From Candidatus Villigracilis propinquus (GTDB taxonomy: Bacteria; Chloroflexota; Anaerolineae; Anaerolineales; Villigracilaceae), in the NCBI GenBank assembly GCA_016714565.1, contig JADKDM010000014.1, positions 77,385 through 141,384 on the forward strand: a DNA stretch of 64,000 bases, given 5' to 3'. This document shows, piece by piece, positions 48,552 to 57,679 of this stretch. Positions within the stretch are counted from its first letter, which is position 1; each line of letters begins with the position of its first letter. The notes under the pieces were generated by a model. The model worked only from the letters and a program-made list of their open reading frames with translations. It made no database searches and was not told where the DNA came from. The position numbers were made by a program, and so were the translations under genes.

Positions 48552-50639
48552 ATGGAACTTGACAAAATCGGACGCTACGAAATCAAAGCTGAACTCGGAC
48601 GCGGAGGCATGGCAACCGTTTATCGCGGATACGACCCGCGCTTTGAGCGCGAGGTTGCCATCAAATTCCTGCCGCCGGAACTCATTCACTCAGACCCGCA
48701 ATTTCGAGTGCGCTTCGAGCGGGAAGCCAAGATCATTGCACAGTTGGAGCATCCGTCCATTGTTCCGGTCTATGATGTAGGCGAGGAAAACGGACAGCCG
48801 TATTTTGTCATGCGCTACATGAGCGGAGGTTCGCTCTCCGAACGGATCAAAGCGGGGATATTCAGCGTTGAAGATGCATTAAAAATTCTTGAACAAATCG
48901 CCCCCGGCATGGACGAAGCCCACTCCAAAGGCATTGTCCACCGCGATCTAAAACCCGGCAACATTCTTTTCACCAATAGAAACGTTGCATTAATTTCAGA
49001 CTTTGGCATTGCCAAGTTCACCCAGGGTGAAGCCGGCAGCATGACCGGCAGCGCCATTATCGGAACGCCTGCCTACATGGCTCCCGAACAGGCGGGCGGA
49101 GAAGCCGTGGACGGACGCGCCGATATTTACGCGCTGGGCGTCATCCTCTACGAAATGGTGACAGGCAAGCAGCCCTACAAAGCGGATACTCCACTGGCGG
49201 TTGCCATCAAGCACATGACGGAACCCGTCCCGCGTATTTTACAAGCCAACCCAAGCCTGCCCGTGTGGATGGAAAAAGTCATCTCCACGGCCATGGCAAA
49301 AGACAGGGATGACCGCTTCTCCACCGCCGTTGAAATGGTGGAAACGATCAAGGCTTTCATGCGCGGCGAAACCACGCCCGCAACCATTAAAGCCGAAAAA
49401 GTAACCCAAAAAATTTCCGCATTTAATAAGACAGTCACTGAAAAGCCTGTTGCCGAAAAAACTTTCGTTGCAAAGACAAAGAGCCGCTTTCCGATGGGTT
49501 TGATCGCGGGGTTATTTGTTTTGATCCTGCTTGGGGGTGGCGTATTTTTATTGGGCAGTTACATGCTTCCGTTAGTGAAAGTGGCGCCCACATCCGCACC
49601 AACATTGAGCGAAGCAACATCCGCACCACTCATCATTGAAATTACAGAAACCCCATCCACCGTTGAAACAGCCACCGAAGCGCCCGTTGCCGTAACCGAA
49701 ACTCCATCCACACCAGCGCTGTCTGCCATTGGCGGCGCGGATAAGATTGCCTTCATTCGCAACAACGATGTGTGGATGATGAATGTGGATGGCAGCGACC
49801 CGAAGCAGCTCACCACCGACGGCGTGGAAAAGTTCAACCTGCAATGGCTGCCAGACGGCAACACACTCCTTTATATGAGCGGCAAATCCGTAAAGACCGT
49901 GGAGATCGAATCGCTGCGGGAAGAAGTTATTTTCAATTATCTTTCGGCAGAATACTTTGAGTCCTTCAGCGTCTCCCCCGACGGCACACAAGCCGCTCTC
50001 GTCATCAACCGCGAATTATTTGTAGTTCCCTTTGATCTTGAAAAACTAAAATCTGCCAGCAGAAAAAGCGCCCTGCTCGATATGAAAGGCTGTCTTTTCT
50101 ATAACGAGCTTGCCGTCAAAGGCGCAAAGTGGTCGGATGACGGCACACGGCTCGCCATAAAATATATTGCCAACGTCAACCAAAAATTCGCAGACGCCAT
50201 CCGCATTATGGATATTTCAAAGTGCAATGATGTGCCGCCCGACCGCATCGATGATTTCCCCAGCGGCCGATTCAAATTTTCCAACGAGATCGTCAACTAC
50301 GATTATGACGGCGACCTGCTTTTCTTCATCAACAGCAACGTCCGCAACGGCGGCTATGGCGACCTCGTTTTCTACAACTCATTCACACACAAATTCGAAG
50401 AAGATGCTCCCTACGAAGGCAACTGCTGCTATCGTGATGCCGCATTCAGCCCCGACGGTTCCTATGTCATTTTTGCATTTCAGGATATCAGGCTCGGCGG
50501 CGAAAGCCCCACCAACCTTTACTACCTCCCCGTTGATACACTCAGCCAATCCCGAACCCTCGAACCCATCCCCCTACCCGATGACTTCTTCTCCCGCACA
50601 GACGCCCCCATGCCCGCCCTACGTCCCGCGCAGCCTTAA
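48552..50639 (+). CDS. Membrane Ser/Thr protein kinase with an extracellular TolB-like beta-propeller
   Basis: LGRGGMATVY, HRDLKPGN, DFG, GTPAYMAPEQ, TM, P/T linker, SPDG repeats; TTGCAC-N17-TATACT 7 nt before the ATG. Confidence 0.93.
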   Translation: MELDKIGRYEIKAELGRGGMATVYRGYDPRFEREVAIKFLPPELIHSDPQFRVRFEREAKIIAQLEHPSIVPVYDVGEENGQPYFVMRYMSGGSLSERIKAGIFSVEDALKILEQIAPGMDEAHSKGIVHRDLKPGNILFTNRNVALISDFGIAKFTQGEAGSMTGSAIIGTPAYMAPEQAGGEAVDGRADIYALGVILYEMVTGKQPYKADTPLAVAIKHMTEPVPRILQANPSLPVWMEKVISTAMAKDRDDRFSTAVEMVETIKAFMRGETTPATIKAEKVTQKISAFNKTVTEKPVAEKTFVAKTKSRFPMGLIAGLFVLILLGGGVFLLGSYMLPLVKVAPTSAPTLSEATSAPLIIEITETPSTVETATEAPVAVTETPSTPALSAIGGADKIAFIRNNDVWMMNVDGSDPKQLTTDGVEKFNLQWLPDGNTLLYMSGKSVKTVEIESLREEVIFNYLSAEYFESFSVSPDGTQAALVINRELFVVPFDLEKLKSASRKSALLDMKGCLFYNELAVKGAKWSDDGTRLAIKYIANVNQKFADAIRIMDISKCNDVPPDRIDDFPSGRFKFSNEIVNYDYDGDLLFFINSNVRNGGYGDLVFYNSFTHKFEEDAPYEGNCCYRDAAFSPDGSYVIFAFQDIRLGGESPTNLYYLPVDTLSQSRTLEPIPLPDDFFSRTDAPMPALRPAQP

Positions 50640-51718
50640 AGCGCCTTGACGATATCCTGCACCAACGCAGGCCCGCGATAGATCAACCCTGTATACACCT
50701 GCACCAGCGCCGCCCCTATATCGAGGCGGCGTTTTGCATCGTCGGGACTCATGATGCCGCCCGCGCTCACCACAGGAATTTCCCCATTCACACGTTTAAT
50801 GGTTTGATGAAGAACCGCTTCGCTCTTAACGGTCAGCGGACTGCCGCTCAACCCGCCTGATTCTCCCTTTCGGTTTGACCTCAACCCCTCGCGACCGAGA
50901 GTCGTGTTCGTCACAATCACTCCATCCATTCTGGAAGAGATAATGGCCTCAATGGCTTCATCCAATTCTGATTCACTTAAATCAGGCGCAAGTTTTACGA
51001 GGATGGGAATGCGCTTCTTGTGGTTATTCTGTTCGATCAAACGCTGTTGATGCAATTGCGTGAGTATTTTTTCGAGCGCTTCGCGTCCCTGCAAGTTGCG
51101 GAGCCCCACTGTGTTTGGCGAGCTGACATTGATCGCCAAATAATCTGCAAGCCCGGCAAAGTTTTGCAGCAGGGCAAGATAATCAAAAACAGCTTCTTCG
51201 TTCGGCGTATCCTTGTTCTTGCCAAGATTAACACCGAGGACCGTACCCCATTTCTGTTTTATGACCTGTTTTTTATTACGTGGCGAGAACCCAGTCACGC
51301 GCTCGATCCAATTGGTACGCAGGTTTGGGTTCAACTGCATCTGCACAAACTCGGAGCCTTTGCTTGGAAAGCCCATGCGGTTGATGACGGCGTCATCTTC
51401 CAGCAGGCGAAAAATGCGCGGGGACGGATTCCCAGCTTGCGGCTTGGGTGTGACCGTTCCAATTTCCACGTGACCAAAGCCCAGTGTGGAGAGTCCACGT
51501 ATTGCCACGCCATCCTTGTCATATCCGGCGGCAAGCCCCACGGGATTTTTGAAATCGAGTCCAAACACATGCACAGGTTTGGACGGCGCTTTGAATTGCT
51601 GCGCGATCAACCAGCGCAACGGAGGGATATTGCCAGAGATGCGCAAAGCGTGAAGCGTGAGCGCGTGCGCCTGTTCGGGGTCGAGTTTGAAAAGATAGGG
51701 GCGAAGAAAGTTATACAT
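50636..51718 (-). CDS. pyrD: Quinone-dependent dihydroorotate dehydrogenase
   Basis: GLAAGYDK, NRMGF, NVSSPNT, KLAPD, GGLSG. Confidence 0.96.
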   Translation of the reverse strand: MYNFLRPYLFKLDPEQAHALTLHALRISGNIPPLRWLIAQQFKAPSKPVHVFGLDFKNPVGLAAGYDKDGVAIRGLSTLGFGHVEIGTVTPKPQAGNPSPRIFRLLEDDAVINRMGFPSKGSEFVQMQLNPNLRTNWIERVTGFSPRNKKQVIKQKWGTVLGVNLGKNKDTPNEEAVFDYLALLQNFAGLADYLAINVSSPNTVGLRNLQGREALEKILTQLHQQRLIEQNNHKKRIPILVKLAPDLSESELDEAIEAIISSRMDGVIVTNTTLGREGLRSNRKGESGGLSGSPLTVKSEAVLHQTIKRVNGEIPVVSAGGIMSPDDAKRRLDIGAALVQVYTGLIYRGPALVQDIVKAL

Positions 51719-51819
51719 GGCTAATCAAAAAAAGCGGGGCGGGTTGAATCTTGCAGATGGGCAATTGCCTCGGCGATCATGTGTTCGTGCAAGCTCCAGC
51801 CATTTTGATAAGCACGGTC

Positions 51820-52330
51820 CACGTTTTTTTTTTTCCTTTTTTTTAAATGGGTTTTTTTCCGTTGTGTTTTCGGTAATCTCCGTTGTTTACGAAGGGTGCC
51901 GTGTTGGCCCTCTGTTTTTTTGGAAAATTTTTCTATTTAAAATGTAAAGGGGTTTTTGGGGCGGGGGGGTGGAAGGGGGGGGACGGGGGGGGCCAGGGGG
52001 AGGGGGTGGGGGTGGTCGAGGCCGCGCGGCCGGGGGGGGCGACTTCCGCGGGGCTCCGGCGGCGGTCGTTGGTGAACGAGGGGGGGAGGGGGGGGGGCCG
52101 GGGGGGGGGGGGAGGGGGGGTTTGGGGGGGGGGAGGAAGACAAATTGTCCCATTAGCGGTGCGAGGGGGGGGGGGGGGGAGGGGGGGGTTGGGGTTTGGG
52201 GGTTGGGGGGGGAAGGGGGCGGTTGTGGTGGGGGGGGGGGGCGGGGGAATTTGTGGGAAATAAGGGTTTTGTGCTTAGGGGGTTAAGATTGGGAATTCGG
52301 TCTTTCCAATGTTCAAACATACGCATATAA
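51820..52330. other. Garbled G-rich tract, probable base-calling artefact over a minus-strand gene
   Basis: Extreme G runs; plausible coding ends on both sides (MQDFYMRMFEHWKDRI at 52341; ..GWSLHEHMIAEAIAHLQ..FD* near 51721). Confidence 0.6.
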
Positions 52331-52341
52331 AAATCTTGCAT

Positions 52342-53142
52342 TTATCTTTTTGTTTTTATATCCGCAACTTTGCATGATGGAATGATTATTCTTGTGCATT
52401 CACAAAGACCATCCACGGCAATCGTTTCCCCCACGATTTGCGGTTTGCAGTAAACAAAAGCGGAAGGGATTTCTATCGCGTTATTCCCATGCTCATCATC
52501 GCGGATTATTCCCGGTTCACTGACCGAATTGGTTGCAAGAGCGTCGCTTCGCCAAAGCACGTAAATGGTTCCGCATGAATTCCCCAGGTTGATATCAAAC
52601 CAGCCATTATCGGATTCCTGGACAAAATAATCTTCATCGAAAAAATTGCCGTCCACCTCTCCAGGGATTTTAAATGCGAGGCTTACCTTTGCGTTTAGCA
52701 CCTCTTCCTGAGGGTCACGCATCCGGTTCGAATTCAGGTCCGTCCACGCTAAAATCTTTACCCGAGATAACTGATTCTCCGGGGTGGCGGGCCAGAAACC
52801 AAACTCAGCTTTTTTGGCGTTTGTCATATCCCGAAAAATCGGGGTGGTGGAGTAATATCCGCAGGGAGGAACCACGCTGATATCGAAAAAATGGGTGTAC
52901 CCAACGGAAAAATTTGCCTGCCCGTTTTGATCTGTCAGTTTAACTTCCCGAAACTTGCCTCCATGCCGGTTCCAACTTGCGACAACCAATGTATTTGGCA
53001 AAGGCCGGTAGGTTTCAGGCAATATTCCTTCTCCACTTTCATCCACAAATGTAGTGACACTTACATCCCTAGTGGTTAAGCCTGGACCACACGCAAGTAT
53101 CGCGGCCCATAAAACTACCAGAGCGAGAGACACCCGGTTCAT
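52342..53142 (-). CDS. Lipoprotein with SdrD-B/CnaB-like beta-sandwich repeats
   Basis: ILAC lipobox; FVDESGEG, WTDLNSNRMRDPQE. Confidence 0.7.
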   Translation of the reverse strand: MNRVSLALVVLWAAILACGPGLTTRDVSVTTFVDESGEGILPETYRPLPNTLVVASWNRHGGKFREVKLTDQNGQANFSVGYTHFFDISVVPPCGYYSTTPIFRDMTNAKKAEFGFWPATPENQLSRVKILAWTDLNSNRMRDPQEEVLNAKVSLAFKIPGEVDGNFFDEDYFVQESDNGWFDINLGNSCGTIYVLWRSDALATNSVSEPGIIRDDEHGNNAIEIPSAFVYCKPQIVGETIAVDGLCECTRIIIPSCKVADIKTKR

Positions 53143-53146
53143 ATGG

Positions 53147-53752
53147 TCATCCTTTCAGAAAATCCCTTGTTTGCTCAATTTTATCCCTACCTACCCTGCC
53201 ATTTCCTTGCCAATAATCCAGCAACTGCGTAATGGTCAGCACAGCATGCATGGCATAGCCTGCCTGTTCAAGGGATTCCTTCGCGCCGGATTGACGGTCC
53301 ACCAGCACGACCACATCCTTCACGACCAGGCCCGCGCCTGTCAGTTTTTCGATGGCTTCAAATTTGCTTCCGCCGGTAGTGGCGAGGTCGTCAATGATGA
53401 TGGCGGTTTCGCCCGCGTGATATTCGCCTTCGATCTCGGCTTTGGTGCCGTAGGCTTTGGCTTCCTTGCGCGGGTAGATCATGGGGTAATTGCCCGAAAG
53501 GCTGATGGCGGTGGCGATGGGAATCGCGGCGTAGGGCAAGCCAGCAAGCCGGTCAAATTTCAGTTCTTTGAGTAAAGGCAAATAGGCCTGCCCGATCTGT
53601 TCGAGAAGTTTGGGATAGGTGATGATCTGCCGCAAATCAATATAGATGGGAGACTTGAGCCCGGACTTGAGTGTGAATTCACCAAATTTGATACAGCTTG
53701 CGGAGAGCAGTCCATCGGCGAGGGCGGCGAGGTTTGCGTTGAGTTGAGTCAT
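53147..53752 (-). CDS. pyrE: Orotate phosphoribosyltransferase
   Basis: FGEFTLKSG..YIDLR, RKEAKAYG, IIDDLATTGGS. Confidence 0.96.
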   Translation of the reverse strand: MTQLNANLAALADGLLSASCIKFGEFTLKSGLKSPIYIDLRQIITYPKLLEQIGQAYLPLLKELKFDRLAGLPYAAIPIATAISLSGNYPMIYPRKEAKAYGTKAEIEGEYHAGETAIIIDDLATTGGSKFEAIEKLTGAGLVVKDVVVLVDRQSGAKESLEQAGYAMHAVLTITQLLDYWQGNGRVGRDKIEQTRDFLKG

Positions 53753-53771
53753 GGCATTTCCTTTTTTATGT

Positions 53772-53864
53772 ACACAGAATTAACGGATTGCTCGGACAAG
53801 AACGGATGCTTCTAAAAGAATTTCGTTTTATCCACGTCCAAAGATATTTCGTTTGATGTCCACG
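53772..53864. repeat. 9-mer tandem-unit hairpin overlapping the pyrF stop
   Basis: CACAGAATT AACGGATTG CTCGGACAA GAACGGATG facing TTTCGTTTTATCCACG..TTTCGTTTGATGTCCACG. Confidence 0.55.
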
Positions 53865-54652
53865 ATCTGGTCGCGGATCTCGGCGGCAGCTTTGCCGGGG
53901 TTTTCTGCGCGGGAGATGGCGCGGGAGATGGGGAGGAGCACTCCTTTGCCGTCCTTTCGCAAGCCTGCTTTGAGCGCGGACTCCAATTCGCCGCCTTGTG
54001 CGCCCACGCCGGGGGAGAGGAACCACAAATTCGGCGCGGCAGCGCGGACTCGTTTCATCGCTTCAATATGCGTTGCACCAACCACCAGCCCAATATTATT
54101 TTTGGTATTCCATGTTTGCGCGAGTTTGGCAACGTGTTCATAGAGCATGTCGCCATTGGCAAGGGAAATATCTTGCACGTCACCCGAACCCGCGTTGGAC
54201 GTTTTGCACAGCAGGAACACGCCTTTCTCATGGTCTTTGATGAACGGGTCAATGGAGTCTTTGCCAAGGTAGGGATTCAAGGTGATGCAATCCGCGCCGA
54301 GGGTTTCAAATGCGGATTGGGCGTACGCGTCTGCGGTGGAGGCGATGTCGCCGCGCTTCGCATCCAGGATGACCGGGATGCGTGAGCCGAGACGCTTTGA
54401 TTCTGCGCTGATGGCTTCGATGACCTGTTTGAGCGCGGTCCATCCTTCGGCGCCGAAGACTTCGAAGAAGGCGGCGTTGGGTTTGAATGCCGCAGCGTAG
54501 GGAGCTGTCTGCTTGACCAGATTCAGGCAAAAGTCCAGAGCGGAGGCGGCGGTGGGTTCCTTTAGGTCGGGGATGTGCGGGTCGAGTCCAATGCAGAGAA
54601 GGGAGGAGGCGTCGTCGATGCGTCGTTCCAAAAAGCTGAAGAAGGTTTCCAT
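53828..54652 (-). CDS. pyrF: Orotidine-5'-phosphate decarboxylase (subfamily 2)
   Basis: LCIGLDP, FKPNAAFFE, ILDAKRGDI, VVGAT, PGVGAQGG. Confidence 0.96.
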   Translation of the reverse strand: METFFSFLERRIDDASSLLCIGLDPHIPDLKEPTAASALDFCLNLVKQTAPYAAAFKPNAAFFEVFGAEGWTALKQVIEAISAESKRLGSRIPVILDAKRGDIASTADAYAQSAFETLGADCITLNPYLGKDSIDPFIKDHEKGVFLLCKTSNAGSGDVQDISLANGDMLYEHVAKLAQTWNTKNNIGLVVGATHIEAMKRVRAAAPNLWFLSPGVGAQGGELESALKAGLRKDGKGVLLPISRAISRAENPGKAAAEIRDQIVDIKRNIFGRG

Positions 54653-54670
54653 GAGTGTCCTTGTTTTATT

Positions 54671-54703
54671 AGACCCTAAAGGTTTTAAAAGCCTTTAGGG
54701 TCT
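54671..54703. repeat. REP-like palindrome
   Basis: AGACCCTAAAGG-TTTTAAAAG-CCTTTAGGGTCT. Confidence 0.75.
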
Positions 54704-54708
54704 GAGTT

Positions 54709-57165
54709 TTATTCGAGGATGGTTTCCCATTTGCTGGTGTTCTGCGGAATGAAACGCGGCGCGGAACTTTCGGGCTGGTCCCAGTAGTCGGCGTTCCAGA
54801 TGTTTGCGCCGTAGCCTCGGCATTCAGCGAAAAGGAAATCGGCGGGCAGGGTGTCGGGGAGCTGGCAGACGGGGGATTGATAGCCTTCCTCCGGCATGGC
54901 GGGGACTGTGCCTTCGTGTGAGTTGGTGAGGTTGGGCGTGGGGATGCAGTCTTCGAACCAGCCGTTGTAGACGTTGCCATCGGGCAGGCGGCAAATGGAC
55001 TGGTCTTCGGCGCGCGCGATGGTGTAGGTGTAGGCGTCGTACACTTTTCCGTTGGGGTCGAGCAGGCGCACGGTGTCGCCGCCGTCGCTGAGCAGGATGT
55101 TGGTTTCGAGCGCGTAAAAAACGACACGCTGGCCGGGCTTGAGGATGAGATCGGGGATGGTGTATGGACTTGAGCCGAGGTTGGCTTCGTCGTCCAGTTT
55201 CCAACCGCCGAGGTTGATGTCGATGGAGGTGAGGTTCTTGATCTCGATGAATTCATCGAAGACGTTTACCTTGCCGTCCTGATTCCAGTCGAAGCCGGGG
55301 CGCGGGAGAAATTCGTTGATGATGGGGCGCGGGTCAGGCGGGCGGAAGGTGGGGACGGGGGTGGGAGTATCTGTATATTCAATTTCCAACGTGGGGGTGG
55401 GCGTGGGCAGCGGGGAGTTGCTGCTTTTGGGCGTGCCTAAAATATCGCCGCCATTGGCATTCTTGCCATTTCTTTTTATGCCGGTATTGGTGCGCCAGGC
55501 GCTGTCGCTCTCGGTGGAGGTTGAGATTCTTTCCATCGTCCCGTAGGTGGATGAGCTTCCGGCAGGCCACGCGCCGCCGTTGCCGTTGGCGGTATCGATG
55601 ACTTTGTTTGCGGCATCATACAAAGTTAGCGCTTCGCCGCTATTCGAAAGCGTGCCGGTATAAGTTTGATCGGCGTTGATATCGGAAACTGTATTATCGT
55701 CATCTCGTTCGAGAAGATAATACCCGCCTGCGGGTATGCTTGCGCCACTTGGGAAGGTAATGTTGGGGTCGCCGTCTGCGGCTTTCAAACTCCAGCCTGA
55801 TAGACTAATAGAAATACTGCCGGGGTTGTATAACTCGATCCATTCATCATCGCTTAAACCGGAGGTTGTCCCGGCCCAGGCGATTTCATTGATTATGACC
55901 GATCTGGCTCCAGACGGCGTGGTTGTGATGGTTGGCGTGAGGGTGGAGGTGGAGGTAGGAGTAGAGGTGTTTGTTGGGGTTGGGGTGGACGTAGGCGCAT
56001 TGGACAGCTTCGGTGTGCCCATAATTGGGTCTTGGTTATAGTCCAATCCATTTCTTGTAATGCCGTTATTTGTATACCATGCTGAATCACTATCGATAGG
56101 CAGGGTAAGGTTGCGTTCCATAGTGGAAAAAGTAGTCGCATTCCCTGCAGGCCATGCGCCGCCATTTCCATTCGCGGTATCTATCACAGCATTTGTGGGG
56201 TCATAAAGTGTAAGAGATTCACCACCATTGGCGAGTGCGCCCGTATAAACATAATCCGCAAATATATCGGAGATCGCGCCGTCAGTGTCTCTTTCGAGGA
56301 GAAAATAGCCCCCCGCTGGAACAGTGCAATTGGGGGTTGCGCATACTGCTGTTGAAAAATCGATATTCGGGCTACCGTCTGTTGCAACAAGCCGCCAGCC
56401 ACTTTTCAAATCAATTGGAAGAGCACCGGGGTTGTATATTTCAATCCATTCATGGGCGTCGTTGGCTGCTGTTCCTGCCCAAGCGACTTCGTTGATAATA
56501 AGGGAAAGAGGGGCGTATCCGCAGATTGTAAAAGGGCTAGAATAATTTTGAGGGTTACTGGGATTTCTTAGCGCAAAATCTGTAGAATTGTTTTCATCAT
56601 CCAAACAACTTCCATTTGTACCCCCTGCTTTACGCTCATAACTTTGATTAATATTTAGCGTCAATGTTGCAAGTGGCGTATTTTCAGTGTAAAGTGTATT
56701 TATTGTATTTAGACCAACTGAGTCTATTCTTGCACCCAAATCATCAAATATAGCAACACCACCTGCATCCACAATTCCAGTTGTATAAGTCTGATCTGGA
56801 GTTGCAGACCCGCTATATCCAGTAATTGCTGTATTATTGGCTACTAAGTAATATTGTCCAGCTGATAAGATAACTCCTGTTGTAATAATTACTCTCGTAT
56901 TTTCTGTCCCACCACCTGTTAATACACGTATCTCCCAATTACCAATATCAACGGATATATTGGTTGGATTATAAATCTCAATAAACTCATCATTTCCACC
57001 GCTCGGTCCGCGCGTTCTAAACTCACTAATAACTATATTGGTTGCACTTGCCCCCAACGGCTTCGCCTCCACCACATCCACGCGCGGCGCGAACATGCCT
57101 GCGCACAAGACGATCAGCAGGGAGAAGACGAGCAGGGCACGCGGGAACCTGTTCCAGTTTTGCAT
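54709..57165 (-). CDS. Secreted protein with four lamin-tail (LTD) domains and P/T linkers
   Basis: Signal peptide; four IxE/EFIEIYN-type modules (VISEF, IINEV, IINEI, IINEF). Confidence 0.88.
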   Translation of the reverse strand: MQNWNRFPRALLVFSLLIVLCAGMFAPRVDVVEAKPLGASATNIVISEFRTRGPSGGNDEFIEIYNPTNISVDIGNWEIRVLTGGGTENTRVIITTGVILSAGQYYLVANNTAITGYSGSATPDQTYTTGIVDAGGVAIFDDLGARIDSVGLNTINTLYTENTPLATLTLNINQSYERKAGGTNGSCLDDENNSTDFALRNPSNPQNYSSPFTICGYAPLSLIINEVAWAGTAANDAHEWIEIYNPGALPIDLKSGWRLVATDGSPNIDFSTAVCATPNCTVPAGGYFLLERDTDGAISDIFADYVYTGALANGGESLTLYDPTNAVIDTANGNGGAWPAGNATTFSTMERNLTLPIDSDSAWYTNNGITRNGLDYNQDPIMGTPKLSNAPTSTPTPTNTSTPTSTSTLTPTITTTPSGARSVIINEIAWAGTTSGLSDDEWIELYNPGSISISLSGWSLKAADGDPNITFPSGASIPAGGYYLLERDDDNTVSDINADQTYTGTLSNSGEALTLYDAANKVIDTANGNGGAWPAGSSSTYGTMERISTSTESDSAWRTNTGIKRNGKNANGGDILGTPKSSNSPLPTPTPTLEIEYTDTPTPVPTFRPPDPRPIINEFLPRPGFDWNQDGKVNVFDEFIEIKNLTSIDINLGGWKLDDEANLGSSPYTIPDLILKPGQRVVFYALETNILLSDGGDTVRLLDPNGKVYDAYTYTIARAEDQSICRLPDGNVYNGWFEDCIPTPNLTNSHEGTVPAMPEEGYQSPVCQLPDTLPADFLFAECRGYGANIWNADYWDQPESSAPRFIPQNTSKWETILE

Positions 57166-57284
57166 GAGGTATGAAAAGGTGTGGAGTCTGCTCACGCACA
57201 GAACCAGCCTGCGGCTGGGCGCGAAGCGAAACAGTCCACTGCGAAGATTATAAGCCACCCCATCTTCGAATGTCTATAAAAAAT

Positions 57285-57321
57285 TAAGGTGACAGTCATA
57301 TTGTAAGTGACTATCACCTTA
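57285..57321. repeat. Palindrome after spoVS
   Basis: TAAGGTGACAGTCA..TGACTATCACCTTA. Confidence 0.7.
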
Positions 57322-57324
57322 TGA

Positions 57325-57597
57325 CTACGGATTCGGAGTACGCGGGTCAATCACCAGCTTGATGGCGGTGCGCACCTTATCCTCGATTTCAACATCCACG
57401 AACTCCGGGACGCAGACCACCTCGATCCCATCATTCTTGAGGTAACTGGTGGCAAGAACCAAAGCCTTCACAGCCTGGTTCACAGCTCCAGCTCCAATGG
57501 CTTGTACTTCCGCGTGCTTGTGCTCGCGGATCACTCCTGCGATAGCCCCGGCGACGGCAGAGGTACGGGAGTTGGCTGAAACTTTGATTATATCCAT
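57325..57597 (-). CDS. spoVS: SpoVS family (Alba-like) protein
   Basis: IIKVSANS..VAGAIAG, QAIGAGAVNQAVKA, RTAIKL; SD GGAGG. Confidence 0.95.
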   Translation of the reverse strand: MDIIKVSANSRTSAVAGAIAGVIREHKHAEVQAIGAGAVNQAVKALVLATSYLKNDGIEVVCVPEFVDVEIEDKVRTAIKLVIDPRTPNP

Positions 57598-57679
57598 GGC
57601 AACCTCCCAAGGTTGGCTAAGTGGGGACGAACTCAATGTATGTGGATTGTACAGGAATCCCTTAAGAGATTCAAGCAGT

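Noticed and set aside
51820-52330. G-quadruplex array or Gly/Pro-rich proteins
   Set aside because: Irregular homopolymer runs with an abrupt onset look like low-coverage base-calling failure; the ORFs are low-complexity artefacts.
57188-57240. c-di-GMP-I riboswitch resemblance on the + strand
   Set aside because: It lacks GGCAAAC and the GNRA tetraloop, and is antisense to the downstream gene.
57325-57597. Sporulation capacity inferred from spoVS
   Set aside because: SpoVS homologues occur in many non-sporulating bacteria, and no other sporulation genes are in the window.
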